From Desulfosoma sp. (GTDB lineage: Bacteria; Desulfobacterota; Syntrophobacteria; Syntrophobacterales; DSM-9756): a DNA stretch of 64,000 nucleotides. The DNA lies in the NCBI GenBank assembly GCA_037481835.1, contig JBBFKW010000008.1, positions 1-64,000 on the forward strand, written 5' to 3'. Below the pieces are notes generated by a model, which did no database searches, was not told where the DNA came from, and worked only from the letters and a program-made list of their open reading frames with translations. The translations under genes were made by a program, and so were the position numbers. Below, in pieces: positions 29,891 through 37,533 of the stretch (positions are counted from its first letter, which is position 1; every line of letters starts with the position of its first letter).

Positions 29891-30219
29891 GCTTTCCCCT
29901 TCGATCCATTGCAGGCGGCGATGACCGAAGAAGCCGCGACAAGCGTCTTCCCCATGGGACGAAAGCCTTACCGCAGAAATCGGGCGTCGGCATTGCCGCA
30001 GGATTTGCGTTTCTCCGCTTGAAGACACCGAGATTTCTTTAATCCATTGGCTTTCAGAAAAAAAGTCCTCGAAGAATCCATGGATGGAACCGGTGGGATA
30101 GGGCCGCGGGCGTGGCGCAGTGGAAGGCGAGGGATTCGTCCCGAAGGGGCGCTGCCCCTTGCGCCGGGCGGGGCTGGAGTGCCTCCTTCGGGAAAAATCC
30201 ATGTGGCGGCGGGACTCTT

Positions 30220-30588
30220 TCAATACACCAGCGTGGCTTTGGCCTCCAGGATGTGCTGGGTCAAGGCTCCGGCGGCCGTCACTTGGGCGCCGGCAATGAG
30301 TTCGCTTTCCTCGATGCGCCGTTCCTTGATGCACGGGCCGCACACCAGGATTTTCCCTCCAGCGTCCACGTAGTTTTGGACCAGGTCCTTCAGGGGAGGG
30401 AGACCCGCCGCAAAGACGTGCTGCAGGCATCCGTGCGTGGCCAAAAACACCGCCGGTCCCTGGAGGACCACGACGGCTTCCACGTCCATGGCCTGGGCCG
30501 CGTTGGCCAACACGAAGGGAAGGCTTGCCCGTTCCGGGTCGTCCCCGGCATGGGTGACGATGTAGACGATCTTTTCCGTTTCGGCCAT
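30220..30588 (-). CDS. DsrE/DsrF-family protein
   Basis: THAGDDPERA.LPF..A, LQGPAV.LA, ILVCGPC..ER. Confidence 0.85.
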   Translation of the reverse strand: MAETEKIVYIVTHAGDDPERASLPFVLANAAQAMDVEAVVVLQGPAVFLATHGCLQHVFAAGLPPLKDLVQNYVDAGGKILVCGPCIKERRIEESELIAGAQVTAAGALTQHILEAKATLVY

Positions 30589-30670
30589 TGTGCAACTCCT
30601 TTTGATGGTGGTTTGATCCGCCGGGCGGCTTGGGTGGGCGTTGGGTCAAGCGAAGCGAAGCCCGAAAAAA

Positions 30671-31663
30671 TCACGGCCGCGCCTCAACACTCCCTGTCAT
30701 GCCCTCAGGGCGGGCATGGTTTTGCGATGGGGGCTCTAAAAAGTTTCTGACAAGGTAGGATGCGAAATCCTGCACGTCCGCACCAACCTTCTTGAGGTTC
30801 CCCAAGCAGATGGGACACATGGCAAGGATCGGGGCTCCGGTTTTCTCCAATTGGGCGACCCGACGTTCCATGATCTGCCGGGACAACGTGGGCGAAACCG
30901 ATTCGGCCGGGCCGCCGCAGCAATGGGTGAGCGTCCCCGACTGCTGCACGTCGCAGACCGTCACTCCCGCTTGGCGAAGCACTCGGCGCGGCACGTGAGA
31001 CACCTTCAGGTACCGGCCGAAAAAGCAGGGATCGTGCACCGTCACCCGGTGCCCGTTTTGGGGCGCATGGATGCGCAGCAGTTCGAAGTAAGGCCGCACG
31101 TCGAAAGAAACCCCAACGAACTTGGGATACAAGACCTTGAAGGCGTAAGTTGTGTGCGGGTCCACGGTGATGAGCGTTTTCGCACCGGCGTGCGTCAGCC
31201 GACCGGCCACGAATCGGGCGTGCTCCAAAAAGGCGTCGTAGTCGCCCAGATCGTAGAGGAGGATCCCACTGTAGAAGTCCAGTTCCGGCCGGTAGGCAAA
31301 CCGGATGCCCGAATGGCGAAGGAGTTTCACCACGTCCTGGAGGATCCGATCATACGGGGCCCGCTCCTTGGGCCTGACCATGAAGAGGGATCCCAGTTGC
31401 ACGAGTCTCTTGGGAATCCACGTGCCGTAGCCCACAAAGGGCGCCCAGCGTGTGTCTTCCAAGCGCTCCAGGTGCCCCGTGATCTTTTCGATGAAGGGCA
31501 CGGATTGGACCATCAATCCCGTGGCCAATAGGGTGTCGCCGTCCCGGCTCAGCCCCATGCCTTTCCACCATCGGTTCATGGCCCACGGAAAGGCCCCGAA
31601 GGGATTTCGAGTCGCCCGCACGTTGCCCGCAATGAGATCAATGATCGACTTGGGATGATACAT
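30671..31663 (-). CDS. CCG-domain (HdrB/HdrD-like) Fe-S protein
   Basis: NPFG N-terminus; HDPCFFGR, HCCGGP, MCPICLGNL; ATG at 31663. Confidence 0.85.
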   Translation of the reverse strand: MYHPKSIIDLIAGNVRATRNPFGAFPWAMNRWWKGMGLSRDGDTLLATGLMVQSVPFIEKITGHLERLEDTRWAPFVGYGTWIPKRLVQLGSLFMVRPKERAPYDRILQDVVKLLRHSGIRFAYRPELDFYSGILLYDLGDYDAFLEHARFVAGRLTHAGAKTLITVDPHTTYAFKVLYPKFVGVSFDVRPYFELLRIHAPQNGHRVTVHDPCFFGRYLKVSHVPRRVLRQAGVTVCDVQQSGTLTHCCGGPAESVSPTLSRQIMERRVAQLEKTGAPILAMCPICLGNLKKVGADVQDFASYLVRNFLEPPSQNHARPEGMTGSVEARP

Positions 31664-31967
31664 GACCGTTTCTCCTCCAATGGTGGAGCACATAGCGGCG
31701 AAGAGCCAATATGAGCTCGCCGGGATCGGCTTCCCGCGGGCAGGTCTGGGTGCACAAGCCGCAGTGAAGGCACCGCCACAGATCCGCCCCCCGTTCGAGG
31801 ATCCGATCGACGGCGCCGATTTGGGCGTAGCGGATCATCCTCCGAGGGAAATGCTCTTCGATGAGCGGACAGATGGCGGCGCAGGTGCCGCAGTGAAAAC
31901 ATTCCAGGGTTTTGGCCGCCCCGAAACGTTCCAGTTCCTCGGAAAACGACAGGTTGACGAGAGCCAT
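31638..31967 (-). CDS. HdrC-like 2x[4Fe-4S] protein (109 aa)
   Basis: CFHCGTCAAICP...PRR..R..Q.G...LWRCLHCGLCTQTCP. Confidence 0.88.
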   Translation of the reverse strand: MALVNLSFSEELERFGAAKTLECFHCGTCAAICPLIEEHFPRRMIRYAQIGAVDRILERGADLWRCLHCGLCTQTCPREADPGELILALRRYVLHHWRRNGHVSSQVDH

Positions 31968-32111
31968 CGAAGGCCTCCATGGGGTCTGAAAGGACCGGTT
32001 TTCCACTTGTGGGCCGGAGGTTGGAAGACATCTCCGCCCTGTTACCCTCTCCCCTCCCCCAAGGGGGAGTGGAAATCTCTTGCCTGAGTGGCTTCTCTTC
32101 TCAAAACCGCC

Positions 32112-32444
32112 CTATTGTGATGCAGGGCGGGAATCGTTCGCCGGGCCTGTTTCAGCCAGGCGGTAAGCAAAGTAGGCGCCCCTTTTTTCCCCTTCCGCGA
32201 GCAGGCCGTACTTTTTCAGCGAGGCCGTCCACCATAGGACCTCATGGGCGGGCAGGCCGGTCGCTTCCGCCATCTCCGGCACCGTTTTCGCTCCACTGCG
32301 AAGCGCCTCCGTCAGGGCCGCAATAATTTTCTTTTGCGCCTTCACGTCCGCCGTGACGCGCTGCACGGTGTCCTTGCGAAGAGCCCGCATTCGTTTAAGG
32401 ATTTCCCTGTGCGCTGACTTTTTCGAAACCTGTTCCCCTTCCAT
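32112..32444 (-). CDS. Small winged-helix (HTH) protein
   Basis: ALRSGAKTVPEMAEATGLPAHEVLWWTASLKKYG...GAYFAY winged-HTH pattern. Confidence 0.7.
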   Translation of the reverse strand: MEGEQVSKKSAHREILKRMRALRKDTVQRVTADVKAQKKIIAALTEALRSGAKTVPEMAEATGLPAHEVLWWTASLKKYGLLAEGEKRGAYFAYRLAETGPANDSRPASQ

Positions 32445-32486
32445 GGTTTTATCCTTTTGCGTTTTTCGAAAAATTTTCCGCACACG

Positions 32487-34415
32487 TTACGCCGCCTGGT
32501 CCGAGACGATGGCATCCACCATGGCTTCAAACTGGGCCAACGTGGAGCCCTTGACCTGGATGGCGCCTGTAGGGCACACGGCGACGCATGCGCCGCAGCC
32601 GAGGCAGAGCGCGGAAACCACTTGAGCCCGGCGCACCGTCCGGCCGTCTTTTTCCGTTTCCACCATGCGGATGGCCCCGTCCCGCAGGCAGGCGTCCACG
32701 CAGGCCCCCGTGCCTTCGCATTTTTCCGGGTCAACTTCCGCGACGAAAGGATCCAGTTGGACGGAGCCTTTGGCCAGAAGCACGGCGGCCTTTGAGGCCG
32801 CCGCAGAAGCGGCGTTGCACGATTCGCCGATATCCATGGGCGCCTGGCAGGTCCCGGCGAGCAAAAGACCGGCGGTCGCCAGTTCCACGGGCCGCAGCTT
32901 GGGATGCACTTCCAACAAGAAGCCGTCCGCGCCCACGGGAAGCTTCATCATGTCCACGAGATCCCCGATATCCGAGGGTTCCATGCCCACGGCGAGGACG
33001 ACCAGGTCGGCGGGGATTTCCACCTCTTCGCCGAATGTCAGAGTGTCTTGAACACGAACGACGATGGGAAACGGGAAGGTGCCCTCGGAGCGTTCCACCC
33101 GGGGCGGGTTTTCGGGTTCGAACCTCAGGAAGAGAACCTTGTTGCGCGCCGCCTGCTGGTAAAGCTCCTCCTGTCCTCGGCCGTAAGCTCGAATGTCCCG
33201 GTACAATTCAAACACCCGCGTGCCGGGAAAACGTTCCCGAACCTGGTTGGCGGCGAAAAGGGTCGCCGAACAACACGTGCGCGAACAGTACTCGTTCAGG
33301 CGCCCGGAGGCGTTTTCCTCATGAATGCCGGGAATCTGGCGGCTTCCCACGCAGTGGATCATGGCGATGCTGCGGATGGGCCGTCCCCTGAAGGTCAAGA
33401 GGGCACCGGAGGGGTCGGCGTCCCGGAGAGCCTCGACGAATTCGGGAAGTGTGATCACTTCCGGGAATTCTTCATAGCCGTATTCTCCCCGGCGCGGCGT
33501 GTAGGGCTTGAATCCGGTGGCGAGAACCACAACGCCGGTTTCCACGCGAAACCGGTTCTTGGCCTTCGGAGCGGGGCGGATCAGGGCGCCTTTGGACGGA
33601 ACGTAGACGGGACCGTTTCCGGTCAAGGCCTCTTCGGCACGGCGCAGGGTGTCGTCCGCTTCCTGAAGTGGTGCCGTTTCCACCTCCAGCGAGAAGTTCC
33701 CGACGTAGCCTTCAAAGCCCACGATGCGCGCACAGGGATGAAAGGCGATGGAGCCGTGTTCTGAAATGCGCCGGGCCAGGGACAGGATGAGTTCGCAGGC
33801 CGGCTCGCCCGTCGGGGCCACACGGTCCAGGGCCGCCGTGCGGCCGCCCATCCACGGCGTTTTTTCCAAGAGATCCACGGCAAACCCTCTTTCCGCAAGA
33901 TCCAGGGCTGCGCGCATGCCGGCGATCCCCGCCCCGATCACCGTCGCGTGCTGTTTCGCCTCCACCCGCAGCGGTTCCAGGGCTTCCAGCCGACGTGCTT
34001 TGGCGGCCGCCGCCGCGATGAGTGTGAAGGCCTTGTCCGTGGCGGCATCCCCGTGATGCACCCAGCTTACCTGTTCCCGGATGTTTGCGTGTTCGTACAC
34101 GTAGGGGTTGACCCCGGCCCGTTCCAGGACGCGCCGGAACGTCGTCTCATGGAGGCTCGGCGAGCAGGAAGCCACCACCACCCGGTCCACGAGGCCTTGT
34201 TTCAGGTCGTCCAAGATGAGTTCCTGGCCTGGGTCGGAACACATGAACATGTTGCGCCGAGCCGTCACCACCCCCGGGATGCTCTGCGCCCTCTCACAGA
34301 GGGCCTCCACATCCACATGATCCGAAATGTTTCCGCCGCAATGGCAGATATAGACGCCCACACGCGCTTCTTTCGCCTCGTTCGGGGACGGTTTGTCACG
34401 ATTTTCCATGGACAT
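32487..34415 (-). CDS. HdrA-family flavoprotein with N-terminal Fe-S domain and C-terminal ferredoxin (642 aa)
   Basis: GVYICHCGGNI, FMCS, ASCSP, GAGIAG, CVGSR, YCSRTCC, HPKLRP, CLGCGACVAVCP; ATG at 34415 with AAGGAG RBS. Confidence 0.9.
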   Translation of the reverse strand: MSMENRDKPSPNEAKEARVGVYICHCGGNISDHVDVEALCERAQSIPGVVTARRNMFMCSDPGQELILDDLKQGLVDRVVVASCSPSLHETTFRRVLERAGVNPYVYEHANIREQVSWVHHGDAATDKAFTLIAAAAAKARRLEALEPLRVEAKQHATVIGAGIAGMRAALDLAERGFAVDLLEKTPWMGGRTAALDRVAPTGEPACELILSLARRISEHGSIAFHPCARIVGFEGYVGNFSLEVETAPLQEADDTLRRAEEALTGNGPVYVPSKGALIRPAPKAKNRFRVETGVVVLATGFKPYTPRRGEYGYEEFPEVITLPEFVEALRDADPSGALLTFRGRPIRSIAMIHCVGSRQIPGIHEENASGRLNEYCSRTCCSATLFAANQVRERFPGTRVFELYRDIRAYGRGQEELYQQAARNKVLFLRFEPENPPRVERSEGTFPFPIVVRVQDTLTFGEEVEIPADLVVLAVGMEPSDIGDLVDMMKLPVGADGFLLEVHPKLRPVELATAGLLLAGTCQAPMDIGESCNAASAAASKAAVLLAKGSVQLDPFVAEVDPEKCEGTGACVDACLRDGAIRMVETEKDGRTVRRAQVVSALCLGCGACVAVCPTGAIQVKGSTLAQFEAMVDAIVSDQAA

Positions 34416-34443
34416 TCTCCTTGGAAACCGGCGGTGCGGCGGC

Positions 34444-35754
34444 TCAGGCTGCACGCCCCGCCACCTTCTTGCGCCCGGCCAGATAGGTCGCCGCATGCAT
34501 GGCGGCGGCGCTCGCCTCCGCAATGCTGTCCACAATATCCTTGGGGCCTGCCGCCGCGCCGGCGGCAAAGATGCCCGCCTCACCCGTCCAGGTCGGGGCG
34601 AGCTTGGGTTCGGGGCCTGAGATGAAGCCGTCGGATCCCGTCATGATGGGCGCCCGACCCGCCGGGTTCCACCCGGGAACCTTTCCGAGGGACAAGACCA
34701 CAAGATCATGGGACGCCGCACTCACGCCGCCGTCCATCTGATCTTCGTATCGCACGGTCACGGAACCGTCTTCGCCCGGTTCGATCAAGGCTACCTTGGC
34801 CTTGACGAAGCGGATACCCATGGCCTGCGCGTTTTGGAAAAACTGCTCGTAGTTCTTCCCGAAGGCGCGGATGTCCATGTAATAGATGGTAATGTCCGCA
34901 AGGGGGAGCGCCCCGGAAAGGAGCATGGCCTGCTTGATGGCATACATGCAGCACACCCTGGAACAATACGGAATCCCGAGGCTTTTGTCCCGCGATCCGG
35001 CGCACTGGACGAAGGCGATGGAATCGGGTTCCCTGCCGTCGGATGGACGGAGCACTCGGTTGTACGGCCCGTGGGGCGCCAAGAGCCGCTCCATCTGGAG
35101 CGCCGTGATGACATTGGGGACCGCGCCCCTGCCGTACTGGGCCTTGTCCTCCAGGGGGGTCACGGAAAAGCCCGTGGCGACGACAGCCGCGATGGCTTCG
35201 ATGACGAGAGTGCGGGGTTCCTGGTCGTAGCGCACGGCGTCGGTGGGGCACACCGTCGCGCAGGTGCCGCACAGCATGCAGTGGTCCGGATCCATGACGG
35301 CGATTTGAGGAACCGCGTTGGAAAAGGGGACGCAAATGGCTTTTCGGGCGGCGAAGTTGCCCTGGTCCGGGTCGGGCACGTAAACCGGGCAGTGGTATTC
35401 GCATTGGCGACACCCGATGCAGCGCGTCTCGTCCACATAGCGGGGTTTTTTCCGCACCTGAGCCCGGATCATGCCCGATGCGTCCCTTTGTAGAGTTTCC
35501 AGCTCGCAGTAAGTGAAGAGCGTGATCTTTTCGTGGTGCGCCGCCGCGGCCATTTTGGGGGTCGTGATGCAGCTGGCGCAGTCCAGAGTGGGAAAAACCT
35601 TGGACAGGCGGATCATGGTGCCGCCGATGGTCGCGTCCTTTTCCACGACGGCCACCGAATAGTCCTGGTCCGCCAGGTCCAGCGCCGCCTGAAGACCGGC
35701 GATCCCTCCTCCGATCACGAGCGCATCGAAGCGATGGGTTTCATGCGATGCCAT
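34444..35754 (-). CDS. HdrA-family flavoprotein with inserted ferredoxin domain (436 aa)
   Basis: GGGIAG, KVFPTLDCASCI, CIGCRQCEYHCP, CMLCGTCATVCP, CAGSRD, YCSRVCCMYAIK, GPKDI. Confidence 0.92.
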   Translation of the reverse strand: MASHETHRFDALVIGGGIAGLQAALDLADQDYSVAVVEKDATIGGTMIRLSKVFPTLDCASCITTPKMAAAAHHEKITLFTYCELETLQRDASGMIRAQVRKKPRYVDETRCIGCRQCEYHCPVYVPDPDQGNFAARKAICVPFSNAVPQIAVMDPDHCMLCGTCATVCPTDAVRYDQEPRTLVIEAIAAVVATGFSVTPLEDKAQYGRGAVPNVITALQMERLLAPHGPYNRVLRPSDGREPDSIAFVQCAGSRDKSLGIPYCSRVCCMYAIKQAMLLSGALPLADITIYYMDIRAFGKNYEQFFQNAQAMGIRFVKAKVALIEPGEDGSVTVRYEDQMDGGVSAASHDLVVLSLGKVPGWNPAGRAPIMTGSDGFISGPEPKLAPTWTGEAGIFAAGAAAGPKDIVDSIAEASAAAMHAATYLAGRKKVAGRAA

Positions 35755-35766
35755 AAGGGTCCTTTC

Positions 35767-36225
35767 CTACGCCGTCATCGCCCGGGGCGTCTCAGCACCC
35801 GGCGTCGTGGGCGGGCTTTCCGTGCCCGGCGGTCCCAGCTCCTGGACGAGGGCGTGCATCTGCTTCACTTCGTTGACGAAGGCCCGGGTGCACACGGTGC
35901 AGATGGACGTCAGCCGCAGGCGCCGAATGTCCAGGCCGCGTTCCTTCATGATCTGGTAGACGCGGTCGATGCACTTGGCCAAGGCCTCGTAGGCTCCCTC
36001 GTAAGGGCATTCCACCCCGCAGCTCATGACGATGATCCCGGCAATGCCCTTGGCGAAACAGTCCAGATAGAACTTTTCCGGGAAGAGCACCGGAGCCTTC
36101 ACCTTGATGATGTAGGTGTTGGCGGGGTAGCTCATGTGCGCCTGCCCGACGGCATCGGCCCCCGGGTAGGCGCAGCTTTCCGTCGCCAAAATCAGGATCT
36201 TTCCCTTATAGGGCGCGGTGTCCAT
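35767..36225 (-). CDS. MvhD/FlpD-like [2Fe-2S] protein (variant Cys pattern)
   Basis: CAYPGAD..G.....YP.N..II, GI.GIIV.SCG.ECPY, GLD.RRL; located directly upstream of hdrA. Confidence 0.8.
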   Translation of the reverse strand: MDTAPYKGKILILATESCAYPGADAVGQAHMSYPANTYIIKVKAPVLFPEKFYLDCFAKGIAGIIVMSCGVECPYEGAYEALAKCIDRVYQIMKERGLDIRRLRLTSICTVCTRAFVNEVKQMHALVQELGPPGTESPPTTPGAETPRAMTA

Positions 36226-36237
36226 GACGTATCCCCG

Positions 36238-36492
36238 TTACTTCTTGCGCATGACGAAGATGCGCTCGTAGCCGTCGGCGGGAAGATGCCCCAAGTACTC
36301 GTGCCCCACCTTTTTCGCCCAGACGGGGATGTCGTTTTTCGTGCCCGGATCGTTGGAAAGGATTTCCAAAACATCGCCGACCTTGACCTTGCCAATGGCC
36401 TTCTTGGCTTCCAAAAGGGGGCCCGGGCAGGCGCTGCCTCGAGCGTCCACAACCGAGGCGGGCTGAAGGTTTTGCAGATCCATGGATGTCAT
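36238..36492 (-). CDS. tusA: TusA/SirA-family sulfurtransferase (84 aa)
   Basis: VDARGSACPGPLL, GDVLEILSNDPG..NDIPVWA..VGH; AGGAG RBS 7 nt upstream of ATG 36492. Confidence 0.88.
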   Translation of the reverse strand: MTSMDLQNLQPASVVDARGSACPGPLLEAKKAIGKVKVGDVLEILSNDPGTKNDIPVWAKKVGHEYLGHLPADGYERIFVMRKK

Positions 36493-36556
36493 CGTCTTGC
36501 TCCTTTTGCTCATGGGCTCACATCGATGTTTTCCAAAACCGTCGCCCACACTCAGG

Positions 36557-36571
36557 GCAAAGCCCGTGCCA
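36557..36571 (-). promoter_or_regulatory. Sigma-54 (-24/-12) promoter of the tusA-hdr operon
   Basis: Minus strand reads TGGCACG-GGCT-TTGC, an exact match to TGGCACG-N4-TTGC. Confidence 0.85.
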
Positions 36572-36709
36572 GGCGGGTCTTTCCCCATAAGGGGCGCCGT
36601 TTCCCAAGGATCCGCCGGCTTTGCCTCCCCCCATCCCCCCATGCCGCTTGCGCCTTCGAAAAAGGCGCGGGGCCGCACTCCCCATGGAACGCGCCCCTGG
36701 GGAACAGTG

Positions 36710-36748
36710 TGTTAAAGTCTGAACAGATGTTTTGTTCATGATTAAACA
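36710..36748. promoter_or_regulatory. Tandem enhancer-like palindromes TGTT-N8-AACA
   Basis: TGTTAAAGTCTGAACA (36710-36725) and TGTTCATGATTAAACA (36733-36748), 23 bp apart, AT-rich, between two sigma-54 promoters. Confidence 0.7.
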
Positions 36749-36841
36749 GGCGCTAAATTTTGGGGGCACACAAGGGGGGATGCATTTTATCGAGGCGTCA
36801 TTATTCAACTTATGGCACAAGAGGGAGGAGGCCCTAGGGTT

Positions 36842-36857
36842 CGGCAAGATTGTTGCT
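36842..36857 (+). promoter_or_regulatory. Sigma-54 promoter of the divergent dsrE gene
   Basis: CGGCAAGATTGTTGCT: GG(36843-44)-N10-GC(36855-56), ending in TTGCT. Confidence 0.65.
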
Positions 36858-36960
36858 TAAGGGGGTGTCCCTTGAGCGTCGGGAGGCCCCGGGCGGTGCT
36901 GGAGGCGGCCGCACGGGGGTTGGGTCGGGATCCATTTGTCGAGAGGAAAGGAGAAAGGCC

Positions 36961-37320
36961 ATGAAGTTATGTTTTGTCATTTCCATCGGATTCGAGCGGT
37001 CGGGGTCTGCGACGCGGGCCATGCAGTTTGCAAGCATCGCCGCCGAGCAAGGGCATCACGTGGAGGTCTTCCTCATCGACGATGCCATTCATTGGGCGCA
37101 GATCGGCATGGCGGAAGGGATCCGCTCTTCGACGGGCGAGCACATGAAAGACCTTCTGGACACCCTCATCGCCCGAAAAACCCCCATTCACGTGTGCAAG
37201 GCCTGTGCGGACAAGCGGTTGGTCTCGCCCGATGACCTCATCGCAGGGGCGGTCATTTCGCCGGCACCGGTCCTTGTAAAGATGATCGGCGATCCCGAGT
37301 ACAAGGTCCTGACTTTTTAG
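36961..37320 (+). CDS. DsrE/DsrF-family protein (119 aa)
   Basis: RAMQFASIAAEQGH.VEVFLIDDAI, IHVCKACADKR; AGGAG RBS. Confidence 0.85.
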   Translation: MKLCFVISIGFERSGSATRAMQFASIAAEQGHHVEVFLIDDAIHWAQIGMAEGIRSSTGEHMKDLLDTLIARKTPIHVCKACADKRLVSPDDLIAGAVISPAPVLVKMIGDPEYKVLTF

Positions 37321-37338
37321 AATTTCCAAAATCATCCG

Positions 37339-37394
37339 GGACCGGCGCCTTCGGGCCTGGCGGGTCTCACCGTCGCCCGAAGGGCGCCGAGTCC
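37339..37394. other. Long GC-rich imperfect hairpin after dsrE
   Basis: CGGCGCCTTCGGGC (37343-37356) pairs with GCCCGAAGGGCGCCG (37375-37389) with one bulge; no U-tract. Confidence 0.45.
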
Positions 37395-37533
37395 GGCAGC
37401 CGAGTAGATTTGGATGCCCGAAGGGTTAGCCGTGAAATTGTCGGCATTAGGGGTTTGCTGTGCGATGAAATTTTGCCATTATGGGGGAGCGTCTTTTGAG
37501 CGCAGTGACCGCTGAGGGCGGGAGGATACGACA

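Noticed and set aside
29950..30000. c-di-GMP-I-like words (TGGGACGAAAGCC...TTGCCG); similar partial words near 56395-56430
   Set aside because: No GGCAAAC/GNRA architecture; the first is also on the wrong strand for the adjacent gene
29891..30649. 253-aa N-terminal extension of the sigma-54 activator in the ORF track
   Set aside because: Overlaps dsrE in another frame and has low-complexity Arg/Pro/Gly composition; ATG 29890 has a purine-rich RBS and begins the PAS domain
34416..34446. Selenocysteine read-through or frameshift fusing the two hdrA genes
   Set aside because: The genes are in different frames, each has its own FAD-binding motif, and the second has a strong AAGGAG RBS
36813..36828. 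Additional TGGCAC in the tusA/dsrE spacer
   Set aside because: No GC at the -12 position (reads AG), so it is not a complete sigma-54 promoter
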